Positions 1-7,240 are shown, numbered from the stretch's first letter. The stretch is DNA of 64,000 nucleotides from a virus (IMGVR_UViG_3300031992_000005:96001-160000); one strand, 5' to 3'. Notes: generated from the sequence alone by a model not told the origin. Made by a program: numbers and translations.

Positions 1-693
1 TTTTTTCAGATATTACAAAAACTCTTTCAGACAGAAAAACTATTGAAAAGTTTATAGATAAATATGGATTTGATTTTATAAATCGAATAAATCACGATAG
101 AAACGGAGGATGCTATGAAGATGGCTGCCCTAAAAGATTACACTTTGAAATGGGCATTAGTCATGGCGAAGCTGCACAATCTCCAGAAAAAGTTTTAAAA
201 ATAATATCCTATAATAATGATATTATTGGATTATTTTACAATCACCCTAACTATTGCAAAGGATTTTCTGATTACCCAGGTGGATATCCAGTAACATGTT
301 CCTGTTGGAAAGGAAAAATGTATATTCAATGCCTAGATAAGGTTTTTGATGATTTATATGGATGGGGAACTAGGGAAATTATTGCGAAGATTTTAGGTTG
401 TAACGATAATAGCAGTTTTAGAAGCATATATCGTGCTGAAGAAGAAGAACGATATAATTCAAAATATTAATAATTATATACAAAAAATAAATATAAATTA
501 ACAAAAACTAATCTTTATAACTTCAACGACTATCCCCAAAAGGGAGTAGGGTAGCAAGTCTATAACGGCTACTCGAAAGATACGACATCTGACCAGGTTA
601 AGCTGAAGATGAAAATATAGTCTGATCTGTATGGAGACATACAGGAGTTCATAAGAGAACCGGGAATTAGTGACGCAATTCTTGAACAACATG
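1..693 (+). mobile_element. Group I intron, td-like (IA2-type), 3' portion; the 5' end lies upstream of the window
   Basis: Positions 520-693 read AACGACTATCCCC..GGGAGTAGGGT..CTCGAAAGATA..GAAAATATAGTCTGATCTGTATGGAGACATACAG..CCGGGAATTAG..GAACAACATG. This is colinear with the phage T4 td intron 3' core as I recall it (AACGACTATCCC..GGGAGTAGGGT..CTCGAAACGATAG..GATATAGTCTGCTCTGCATGGTGACATGCAG..CCGGGGTAAG..GAACATAATG). The terminal G693 is followed in frame by Toprim codons. Confidence 0.75.
3..470 (+). CDS. Intron-encoded ORF, 5'-partial; possible homing endonuclease C-terminal DNA-binding part
   Basis: The reading frame is open from nt 3, so the ORF track's 150 is only the first internal ATG. 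It sits just upstream of the intron catalytic core, as I-TevI does in td. The C-terminal GTREIIAKILGCNDNSSFRSIYR resembles the NUMOD1/IENR1-type HTH seen in ORF 1071-2258. No catalytic motif is visible in the part present. Confidence 0.45.
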   Translation, partial: FSDITKTLSDRKTIEKFIDKYGFDFINRINHDRNGGCYEDGCPKRLHFEMGISHGEAAQSPEKVLKIISYNNDIIGLFYNHPNYCKGFSDYPGGYPVTCSCWKGKMYIQCLDKVFDDLYGWGTREIIAKILGCNDNSSFRSIYRAEEEERYNSKY

Positions 694-916
694 GCAGATG
701 GAGATGCAATCTTTAATGAAATAATATACTTATTCAGTAAATTCGCACGTTTCTTATTAGACCATCATATGGTATATCGTGCTATGTCTCCTCTTTTCAG
801 AGGAATCAGTAAGACAACAGGACAAGTAACTTATTATTATCCAGATGATAAGTTCGACAATAAGGGTATTCCAGTAGATCTTGATATAAAGAAACCATAT
901 GATCGCTGGAAAGGAT
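694..916 (+). CDS. DNA topoisomerase II, GyrB/T4 gp39-gp60-like subunit, internal exon (Toprim DxDxD to KGL)
   Basis: ADGDAIFNEIIYLFSKF..MSPLFRG..YDRWKG matches the GyrB pattern D-A-D-x-D-G-x-H-I...PPLxGK...RYKGLG. The upstream exon must supply the first D. The exon ends at U916, which forms a U-G wobble in a P1 helix (913-918 with 924-929). Confidence 0.75.
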
Positions 917-2455
917 TAGGAAATAGTCCTAGTATGTAGAAATACATACCGTATAATTCTATTAAAAGCGGGGAACTCCTGTTAGGCTAATAGTACTAGA
1001 GATAGTAACAATCTATTAGATAGGGACAATCCGCAGTTGATGAGATTAGTTAAAAAATTAAAATAAAAACATGTTAAGACAAGACCTGAAGAAACAATTA
1101 GAGAACAAAGACTTAGACAAAATTTTCTTACAACATCGAGATAACATAGATCCAGGAAATTATAGAGTCGGGGAAATAGGCGAAGAAGTAGTTGTCTGGA
1201 ACCCTGACACTAATGAAATAATGGACTATTTCTTTGATGATAGTAAGGAAGAATGGTTTTGTTTAAGTATGATAAATAAAAATTTAGGTAATTATTCTAT
1301 AAATAAAAAAGGGGAAGTTAAAAGCCCAAAAAAACTACTAAAAAAAGTAGAACATGAAAGTTATTTATGCTATTTTCCATCTTATATTATAAATAAGAAA
1401 AGAAAATCTGTTAATCTCTATATTCATAGAGTATTAGCGATGATATTTATTCCAAACATAGATCCAAAAAATAAGGTAGATGTAGATCATATTGATAGGA
1501 ATAGGCATAATTTTTCACTAACTAACTTAAGATGGGTAACTAAAAAAGAAAGTGCTGAAAATAAAGAACAACCGCGTTGGCACGGGGAATATTCATACAT
1601 AGCCTACAAAGATAAAGAAAAGACACAAATCGCTTTCAAGCTAAATGAAGAGGATTTCCTTAAGAAAGGCTTTAAAAAGAAGCCATTATATGGTGCTATC
1701 AAGAACAATCATAGGTCACAAGGATATTATTGGACTAGAGTAAATCTACAGTTAGCAGAGTATCTAAAAAAGTTTAATATGCAAGAACAAGATATTGATG
1801 ATACAGAATGGAAATTACATTATTCTGGAACATTCTGGGTACATCCGCTAGGTTTAGTAAAAAAAACAAAACATAGTCCAATTATTTCTCCTGGTTGTCT
1901 TGACAGGAAGCGGAAAGAACGTCATTCAGTTAAAAGATATAATGGTAAACTAGTTCATATTTTGGTGGCAGAGGTGTTTTTAAACGACAATAAACCAATA
2001 CCTAAGAAATATGAGGTGGACCATACATCTGGAGATTCTCTGGATAATAGAGCCTCGAATTTAAATATTTGCACACACATCAAGAATATGAATAACCCAA
2101 ATACTTTAAAAAAAAAATATAAAAAAATAATCAATCTTGATACTGGTGAAATCTATAATTCGATAGCAGAATGTGCAAATGTATCTAAAATACATCGTGC
2201 CACGGTGTATAGAAATATAAAAAAAGGAATAAGATTTAAATATTACAAAGAAAATTAACAAAAAACTAATCTCATCAACTTCAACGACTATCCCTTTATG
2301 GGAGTAGAATAGCAAGTCTACAATGGCTATTCGAAAGATAGAACATCTGACCAGGTTAAGCTGAAGATGAAAATATAGTCTAAGCACCGTAGAGATGCGG
2401 TGGAGAGTTTACTACTCTCGCGTTTAAAGTAGGCGATTAAACGTAAATATAACTG
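917..2455 (+). mobile_element. Group I intron, td-like, complete, carrying an HNH endonuclease ORF
   Basis: P1 is GGAU|UA..UAGUCC with a U916-G926 wobble. A P2 hairpin GTATGT/ACATAC lies at 932-949. AAAGCGGGGAAC and GGGACAATCC boxes resemble td AAACGGGGAAC and AGACAATCC. The 3' core at 2257-2380 is about 88 percent identical to 500-622. The terminal G is 2455. TAGGAA occurs at both 917-922 and 2456-2461, so splicing restores ..KGLGSLSPE.. in frame. Confidence 0.8.
1071..2258 (+). CDS. Intron-encoded HNH homing endonuclease, tandem NUMOD4-HNH modules plus C-terminal HTH
   Basis: Two HNH_3-like motifs are present: VDVDHIDRNRHNFSLTNLRWVTKKES and YEVDHTSGDSLDNRASNLNICTHIKN. Each is preceded by a NUMOD4-like W..G.Y.I...G.V segment. 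The C-terminal LDTGEIYNSIAECANVSKIHRATVYRNIKKG looks like a NUMOD1/IENR1 HTH. Confidence 0.85.
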   Translation: MLRQDLKKQLENKDLDKIFLQHRDNIDPGNYRVGEIGEEVVVWNPDTNEIMDYFFDDSKEEWFCLSMINKNLGNYSINKKGEVKSPKKLLKKVEHESYLCYFPSYIINKKRKSVNLYIHRVLAMIFIPNIDPKNKVDVDHIDRNRHNFSLTNLRWVTKKESAENKEQPRWHGEYSYIAYKDKEKTQIAFKLNEEDFLKKGFKKKPLYGAIKNNHRSQGYYWTRVNLQLAEYLKKFNMQEQDIDDTEWKLHYSGTFWVHPLGLVKKTKHSPIISPGCLDRKRKERHSVKRYNGKLVHILVAEVFLNDNKPIPKKYEVDHTSGDSLDNRASNLNICTHIKNMNNPNTLKKKYKKIINLDTGEIYNSIAECANVSKIHRATVYRNIKKGIRFKYYKEN

Positions 2456-2643
2456 TAGGAAGTCTTTCGCCTGAAACAGGTGAAGTATATGATTCCTTCT
2501 ATAACCCTTATACAAGAAGACTTGTCTTAGTAACTCCTGAGGACATTGATTATTCGATGAAACTCAACGAGGACATTGATAGTAGGAAAAAGCTATTATA
2601 TGATAAAAATATTATTAGTAATCCTTATAATTTTACAGATTAA
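2456..2643 (+). CDS. DNA topoisomerase II GyrB-like subunit, last exon
   Basis: After splicing the protein reads (KG)LGSLSPETGEVYDSFYNPYTRRLVLVTPEDI. This parallels the GyrB C-terminus GLGEMNPEQLWETTMDPE.R.L..V...DA. The stop TAA 2641-2643 overlaps the ATG of the next gene (TAATG). Confidence 0.75.
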
Positions 2644-3980
2644 TGCCTAGAAAGAAAAAAGAAATAGAAGAACCAGTATTAAGGCCAATAGAGGTACTGC
2701 CTATTGGAGAAGCTACTGAACAAGCTATTCTAAATGCAGCCTCATATATAGATAATCAAAGAGCCTTAGCCAATGTAAAGGATGGATGTAAGGTTAGCTA
2801 TAGGCGACTCATTTGGTCTGCATTGCAATTCCCTAGAGGAGTAATGCAGCCAAGTGTAGAAGTTATTAACAAAATGGCTTCTTATCATCCACATAGCCTT
2901 GACTCAATGAAACTATTATCTGCATCTTTTGTTAGGACTGGTATATTTTCAGGAACAGGTTCTTTTGGAACAACTTCTATCTTAGGAGATGTTAAGGAAC
3001 CAGCTGCTCCTAGATACACGCACATGAGGTTAAGCGATCTATATTATGACCAGATCGCACCACTCCTATCGTGCGTAGATATGGTAGAGTCTCCTGTGGG
3101 AGCTCTTGAAATAGACTACTGTCCACTGGCATTGCCACTATGTTTATCTTTAAAAGGATTAGTTAGTGGTATTGGTGTAGGTATTAGTACTGTATATCCT
3201 AACTTTTCACCAAAATCATTATACCTGGCTTATAAGAATAATAATCCACAACTACTAGAACCGAATGTAGATCTAATTATGGATAAAAATAATTCAGAAT
3301 TAGAATCCCTTTGGACAACTGGAAAAGGTAGAATAATATATTCTTATAAACTCAGTCCATATACAAATGAAGACGGAAAGCCAGGATTCTTATTTGAGGG
3401 CGATACCTGTATCTTCACGCCAAACTTGAGAAAGATAAATAAATATGTTGATCAAGGACAGGTATTTATTGAAGATATGACAGACATGAATGGCCCTAAA
3501 ATGTTCGTTGGTCTGATAAGCAATAGAGGTAATCTTAGAATAGAAGACCTAGAGAAGCTTTGTAGACAATGCTGCTTTGATGCCACTGTTTATCAATTAA
3601 ATGTAACAGATGGAACCACCTGTTATAGAATTCCTCTCTATGATTGGATAAACTATACTTATAGAAGATATATCAAACTTCTTGAGCGAGTTAATTTAGA
3701 GAAGATAGAGAAGGTTAAGTTCGAAATAAAAGTACAAGAATCTTTGCCTGAAATTGCGAATTACATTATAAACGTAAATCCAGGTGCAACAGATAAAGAA
3801 ATTTGTACAAACCTAGGAATTGAACCTGAAGTAGTATCAACAGTAATGTCTAAGCCAATAGGACAACTTAGAAAAAATAAAGATAATACTGGGAAAATAA
3901 AAGCATTAAAACAAAGACTAAAGGATCTCCTAGTATTTGATCCAGAACTTTATGTTAAAAATTTAATAGAAAAATTATGA
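2643..3980 (+). CDS. DNA topoisomerase II subunit A (GyrA/ParC/T4 gp52-like)
   Basis: RALANVKDGCKVSYRRLIWSAL matches RALPDVRDGLKPVHRR. ASYHPHSLDSM matches YHPHGD. AAPRYTHMRLS holds the catalytic Tyr in the AxRYTExRL context. The length of 445 aa is similar to T4 gp52. Confidence 0.85.
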   Translation: MPRKKKEIEEPVLRPIEVLPIGEATEQAILNAASYIDNQRALANVKDGCKVSYRRLIWSALQFPRGVMQPSVEVINKMASYHPHSLDSMKLLSASFVRTGIFSGTGSFGTTSILGDVKEPAAPRYTHMRLSDLYYDQIAPLLSCVDMVESPVGALEIDYCPLALPLCLSLKGLVSGIGVGISTVYPNFSPKSLYLAYKNNNPQLLEPNVDLIMDKNNSELESLWTTGKGRIIYSYKLSPYTNEDGKPGFLFEGDTCIFTPNLRKINKYVDQGQVFIEDMTDMNGPKMFVGLISNRGNLRIEDLEKLCRQCCFDATVYQLNVTDGTTCYRIPLYDWINYTYRRYIKLLERVNLEKIEKVKFEIKVQESLPEIANYIINVNPGATDKEICTNLGIEPEVVSTVMSKPIGQLRKNKDNTGKIKALKQRLKDLLVFDPELYVKNLIEKL

Positions 3981-4279
3981 ATCAAAAATATTTTACAATT
4001 CGTATCCCAGGCAACTTATTGTCTGATGCTGCAGGAAGTAATTTCCCAATATTATGGAAAAATCTTCCAAGTGAATTAAAGAAACGTCTCCCAGAGTATT
4101 TCCTTGAGAATCTTTTCGTAGTCGATTCAAATGGTGAACTAAAAGAAAAAACCTTTGTTTACTTACAAGAATTAGAGCTCGATGAAGATCTAACAGAAGA
4201 AGTGGTACTGAGAGATTGTCAAGTATTTGATGGAGGAAATATTAATTTCCTGATTGACCCAGAAGCAGATGAAATATGA
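3977..4279 (+). CDS. Hypothetical protein
   Basis: ORF with an ATGA overlap with the upstream gene. No recognisable motif. Confidence 0.7.
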   Translation: MNQKYFTIRIPGNLLSDAAGSNFPILWKNLPSELKKRLPEYFLENLFVVDSNGELKEKTFVYLQELELDEDLTEEVVLRDCQVFDGGNINFLIDPEADEI

Positions 4280-4830
4280 TATTAGGAAATTCGCTTGAAG
4301 CAATAGTTGAGGCATGTTACCTAGGAGAATCCCTAACAAAGAAAACAGGAAGAGCTAATATTCTTGTTAATCCTAAAGACTACCTCGACTATATAATTGG
4401 AAGAACTATTATTATCAATAGTAGTGTAATCCCAATTGATACAATCAGGACTCTACAAGAAAATAAGAACAAAATTATCTGTAGAGTTAAGCGTGAGGAT
4501 TTTCCCTATTATCCTTATGTACTTAGAGTTAATTTCAATGTAAGATGGAATGGGCAGGTTCTTGATTGCCCTAAAACCAATATTCCTGAAATTAGCTCTT
4601 GGATCTGGGGATCAGAGGACTTTGAATTGGAATTTGATACCGGCGAAAAACCTGTAATGTATTTCCCAAAAATAAAAGGAATACCAAAGGAACTTCTTAT
4701 AGATGAATGTGGAAATCTGAACTTCCTAGGATGGGTTCTACAACAGGTAGGAGTTAATGTGACACTGGAAACAAAATTTCATGACATGGATATTATAAAA
4801 ACAAAAAAGCTTGTAACATTACCAGAATGA
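4276..4830 (+). CDS. Hypothetical protein
   Basis: ORF with an ATGA overlap with the upstream gene. No recognisable motif. Confidence 0.7.
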   Translation: MILGNSLEAIVEACYLGESLTKKTGRANILVNPKDYLDYIIGRTIIINSSVIPIDTIRTLQENKNKIICRVKREDFPYYPYVLRVNFNVRWNGQVLDCPKTNIPEISSWIWGSEDFELEFDTGEKPVMYFPKIKGIPKELLIDECGNLNFLGWVLQQVGVNVTLETKFHDMDIIKTKKLVTLPE

Positions 4831-4853
4831 ATCCTCCTAAATCCTTATATATG
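4831..4853 (+). promoter_or_regulatory. Promoter-like motif, class A (ATCCnnnTAAAnCCTTATATATG)
   Basis: ATCCTCCTAAATCCTTATATATG lies immediately after a stop codon. It is followed by an ORF-less ~95-nt unit that ends at terminator 4912-4948. Confidence 0.4.
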
Positions 4854-4911
4854 AGCATCACTGACAATAGTGGTGAATTGCAATAATTAGTTTTATATTC
4901 AAATGAATTCA

Positions 4912-4948
4912 AGAGATCCGTTCGTGAGAATAGATCTCTCTTTTTTTT
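4912..4948 (+). terminator. Intrinsic terminator, GNRA-capped family
   Basis: AGAGATC-cg-TTC-GTGA-GAA-ta-GATCTCT followed by T9. Confidence 0.7.
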
Positions 4949-4950
4949 CT

Positions 4951-4971
4951 TCCCTGAAACCCTTAATAATG
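4951..4971 (+). promoter_or_regulatory. Promoter-like motif, class A
   Basis: TCCCTGAAACCCTTAATAATG, 21 nt upstream of ATG 4992. Confidence 0.45.
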
Positions 4972-4991
4972 TATTATTAAATAGAAAAATT

Positions 4992-5909
4992 ATGGATTCA
5001 AGACAAAAATTTTTAATGATAAAGCTAGCAGCTCTTGAGAAGAGAGAGTTAGAATTTATAAATCATTCAAACCGTGATTGTCCTCAATGTAAAAAAATCA
5101 AAGAGATTTTTCAGATGGATTTGAATTTGAGGGCCCAAATCTTAGACATGGAAGTATCAGAATTAGAGAAAACAGCGGATGAAATCCTGAAAAGACACAA
5201 CAATATATATCGTTGGCCTCCTAAGCGCTTTAGGGAAATTAAAAAGGAACCTGCCCCAGAGATAGAATCTTATACTGATCCTCTTGAAAAGGAAATAGTA
5301 GAACTGTTAAAAAATCGAGTTGGAATACATATTGTCGACGATGACTTATTAAAAGGTCTGATTGAAAATTCTAAATTAAATGATCATATATGTAAAAAAG
5401 TTGGAGAACCATCAGTACAAATAACTGACGCTGAATTGAGACTAGACTATCGTACCTATCAGATAGAAATGATTACTGAATTTAGTGCATGTAGTTATAA
5501 TAATGAACTGATAATTCCTATTAAAGGAATGTTTTCAGAGGATTTTAAGAAAAATCTGATAGACTACGTTAATAGGAGTGAGAAAATTGATGATGAAATC
5601 CGAGAACTTGGTTTTAGTAACAATGAAATAAAAGATAAGAGAAATATTCGAAAATTAGCGAAAGCTATGTCTTTGGATCAAATCCCAATTAACGTCCGTG
5701 TTTTGGGACTGGCAGTAATTGGTACAGAGTTGTGTTTAGATTTTGGTCCAATACATTTTAAAAACAATACGTCATTACGAATTTATTGGAATGATGAAGA
5801 TTGGGAAGACAACAATCGATATATCAAACTTAGAGACTTACCTATTAAGGTGAAAGAAATAATAGTTAACATCTTAAAACGTAAGAAGAAAAATGCCAAA
5901 CTGGTGTGA
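4992..5909 (+). CDS. Hypothetical protein
   Basis: Long ORF behind the promoter-like motif. It contains CPQC but no diagnostic domain. Confidence 0.75.
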   Translation: MDSRQKFLMIKLAALEKRELEFINHSNRDCPQCKKIKEIFQMDLNLRAQILDMEVSELEKTADEILKRHNNIYRWPPKRFREIKKEPAPEIESYTDPLEKEIVELLKNRVGIHIVDDDLLKGLIENSKLNDHICKKVGEPSVQITDAELRLDYRTYQIEMITEFSACSYNNELIIPIKGMFSEDFKKNLIDYVNRSEKIDDEIRELGFSNNEIKDKRNIRKLAKAMSLDQIPINVRVLGLAVIGTELCLDFGPIHFKNNTSLRIYWNDEDWEDNNRYIKLRDLPIKVKEIIVNILKRKKKNAKLV

Positions 5910-6501
5910 TACAACTTACATTTGTGTAGGAAATCCTATCGAGATTCGTCAATTGCATAAAGCAATAGTAACGAATATGAGAAGAAAAACTAGTCGTGTC
6001 AAGAATGATTTTGGCACTCTCTGGTTAGGCAACATTATTGATCAACTCGGCGGTAATTGGAAAGACTGGAATTGTAGAGGTTCAATTCTAAACTATTATA
6101 TAGAAAGAGCCTCTAAAGTTAATTCTAATAAACTTGTAAAACTTACTATTTACCAAACAACTGCTTGGAATGAACAGGAGGGATTTAGAAAATTTATTGA
6201 ACAGAAGTTTCCATCTATCAAAGTCTACTACTTGGAAATAGAACCAGAAGATTCAAGGTTTAGAACAAACGATGATACTGGTAATTATTTTCCAGATCGC
6301 TATCTTATAGATACTCATTGCGGAATTAAGATGTTTAATACTCTTAAAGAAGTAGCTGAATTTGCATCGAAGAAAGTAGAAAAAACAGTAGATGCTAACG
6401 TAGATGCTATAAAGAAAGCTTTAGATGATATTATATTTGATGTAGACAGTAACGAGGAAGACATCTTTTATGAATTTCATGAAATCCAAGTCATCCCCTG
6501 A
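5893..6501 (+). CDS. Hypothetical protein (N-terminus reminiscent of DUF1281/Api92-like family)
   Basis: It starts MPNWCDTTYICVG, which resembles the MPNWC.N N-termini I recall for DUF1281-type proteins. This family call is tentative. Confidence 0.65.
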   Translation: MPNWCDTTYICVGNPIEIRQLHKAIVTNMRRKTSRVKNDFGTLWLGNIIDQLGGNWKDWNCRGSILNYYIERASKVNSNKLVKLTIYQTTAWNEQEGFRKFIEQKFPSIKVYYLEIEPEDSRFRTNDDTGNYFPDRYLIDTHCGIKMFNTLKEVAEFASKKVEKTVDANVDAIKKALDDIIFDVDSNEEDIFYEFHEIQVIP

Positions 6502-6515
6502 AACCCTTATATATG
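6493..6515 (+). promoter_or_regulatory. Promoter-like motif, class A (unit 1 of array)
   Basis: ATCCCCTGAAACCCTTATATATG overlaps stop codon 6499-6501. Confidence 0.45.
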
Positions 6516-6582
6516 TACCCAGGTATATTATGCCAACCCCAATTACCTGGGTTTGCCAAATTAATCATGTTTTTTTATTAAG

Positions 6583-6614
6583 AAGACTTGCTCGTGAGAG
6601 TAGGTCTTTTTTTT
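6583..6614 (+). terminator. Intrinsic terminator, GNRA-capped family
   Basis: AAGAC-ttg-CTC-GTGA-GAG-tag-GTCTT followed by a T-run. Confidence 0.7.
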
Positions 6615-6637
6615 ATCCCCTTAAATCCTTATTAATG
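6615..6637 (+). promoter_or_regulatory. Promoter-like motif, class A (unit 2)
   Basis: ATCCCCTTAAATCCTTATTAATG directly abuts the preceding T-run. Confidence 0.45.
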
Positions 6638-6686
6638 TCTCAGAAAAAAGTTTTTTTATGTCATCTTGTATTTGATTTTTTAAATG

Positions 6687-6722
6687 AATGGCTTGCTCGT
6701 GATGAGTAGGCCATTTTTTTTT
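6687..6722 (+). terminator. Intrinsic terminator, same family
   Basis: AATGGC-ttg-CTC-GTGAT-GAG-tag-GCCATT followed by T9. Confidence 0.7.
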
Positions 6723-6745
6723 ATCCCCTTAAACCCTTATTAATG
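6723..6745 (+). promoter_or_regulatory. Promoter-like motif, class A (unit 3)
   Basis: ATCCCCTTAAACCCTTATTAATG. Confidence 0.45.
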
Positions 6746-6757
6746 AATATGTCTTTA

Positions 6758-6828
6758 GGGAGCCTCGGCAATAGTAACCCCGGTCTTAGGTTATCACTAG
6801 CCACGTGGTAACGGGTTACTGGGCTCCC
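6758..6828 (+). ncRNA. Candidate structured small RNA (Y-shaped, ~71 nt), paralog of 7060-7125
   Basis: A 7-bp closing stem GGGAGCC/GGCTCCC is followed by T7. An internal long hairpin reads GGC-aa-TAG-TAACC[9-nt loop]GGTTA-tca-CTA-GCC. A short hairpin GTAA-CGGG-TTAC follows it. The unit lies between a promoter-like motif and a T-run and has no meaningful ORF. Confidence 0.5.
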
Positions 6829-6835
6829 TTTTTTT

Positions 6836-6858
6836 ATCCCTTAAATTCCTTATAATTG
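6836..6858 (+). promoter_or_regulatory. Promoter-like motif, class A (unit 4)
   Basis: ATCCCTTAAATTCCTTATAATTG. Confidence 0.45.
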
Positions 6859-6896
6859 GATTAATACTCATATTTTGTTTTTTATTTAATACTAAA

Positions 6897-6929
6897 GGCC
6901 CACGTCTGTGAAGATATGGGTCTTTTTTT
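6897..6929 (+). terminator. Intrinsic terminator, same family
   Basis: GGCCCA-cg-TCT-GTGA-AGA-ta-TGGGTC followed by T7. Confidence 0.65.
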
Positions 6930-6952
6930 ATCCCTTTAGTTCCTTATATATG
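6930..6952 (+). promoter_or_regulatory. Promoter-like motif, class A (unit 5)
   Basis: ATCCCTTTAGTTCCTTATATATG. Confidence 0.45.
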
Positions 6953-6986
6953 AACATTTGTTAATAATATTTTAATTGTTAATGTG

Positions 6987-7017
6987 AATGGTTTGCCTGG
7001 GAAGGTAGACCATTTTT
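6987..7017 (+). terminator. Intrinsic terminator, same family
   Basis: AATGGT-ttg-CCT-GGGA-AGG-tag-ACCATT followed by T6. Confidence 0.65.
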
Positions 7018-7021
7018 TCAA

Positions 7022-7044
7022 ATCCCTTTAAACCCTTATATATG
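7022..7044 (+). promoter_or_regulatory. Promoter-like motif, class A (unit 6)
   Basis: ATCCCTTTAAACCCTTATATATG. Confidence 0.45.
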
Positions 7045-7059
7045 AGTTAGTCGTGAGAA

Positions 7060-7125
7060 GGGAGCCATTCGAGTAGTCCGGACCTTGAGACCGTCTACGG
7101 ACGGTAATGGGATTACAGGCTCCCC
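7060..7125 (+). ncRNA. Candidate structured small RNA (~66 nt), paralog of 6758-6828
   Basis: It has the same closing stem GGGAGCC/GGCTCCC followed by T10. The internal hairpin reads GTCCG-GAC[9-nt loop]GTC-ta-CGGAC. The short hairpin is GTAAT-GGG-ATTAC. It shares GGTAAyGGGwTTAC..GGCTCCC with the first copy. Confidence 0.5.
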
Positions 7126-7139
7126 ATTTTTTTTTTCAA

Positions 7140-7162
7140 ATCCCGTTAAATTCTTATATATG
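7140..7162 (+). promoter_or_regulatory. Promoter-like motif, class A (unit 7)
   Basis: ATCCCGTTAAATTCTTATATATG. Confidence 0.45.
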
Positions 7163-7195
7163 TTAAGAACATGGCATAGATTTTTTTAGCATTTA

Positions 7196-7240
7196 AAGGA
7201 AATTCGCTCGTGATGAGTAGATTTCCTTGCTTTTTTTTCT
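7196..7240 (+). terminator. Intrinsic terminator, same family
   Basis: AAGGAAAT-tcg-CTC-GTGAT-GAG-tag-ATTTCCTT, then GC and T8. Confidence 0.7.

Noticed and set aside
498-692. Minus-strand ORF (64 aa) from the ORF track; similar minus ORFs lie at 2106-2387 and 2327-2515
   Set aside because: They lie antisense to the conserved group I intron catalytic cores. The two ORFs are similar only because the intron cores are duplicated, and they have no promoter or start context.
670-939. ORF-track CDS treated as a free-standing 89-aa gene
   Set aside because: Its first 8 codons (GTG start) are the intron 3' end. Its last 7 codons (after 916) are the intron 5' end read through to a stop. The biologically meaningful unit is exon 694-916.
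6470-6709. 79-aa plus-strand ORF
   Set aside because: It runs through two promoter-like motifs and a terminator hairpin with T-runs. Its composition is driven by T-runs, and no equivalent ORF exists in the other array units.
6758-6828. tRNA gene (7-bp acceptor-like stem, about 71 nt); the same was considered for 7060-7125
   Set aside because: There is no D-arm pairing, no 5-bp T-stem with a GTTCRANNC loop and no anticodon arm of canonical size. The stem is followed directly by a T-run. It is better described as a novel structured RNA or terminator.
6588-7220. Hammerhead ribozyme or C/D-box (K-turn) signature suggested by GTGATGAG in terminator loops
   Set aside because: Only the UGAUGA-like hexamer is present. 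There is no CUGA/GAAA partner or three-helix junction. Four of the six loops read simply as 3-bp stems capped by GNRA tetraloops.
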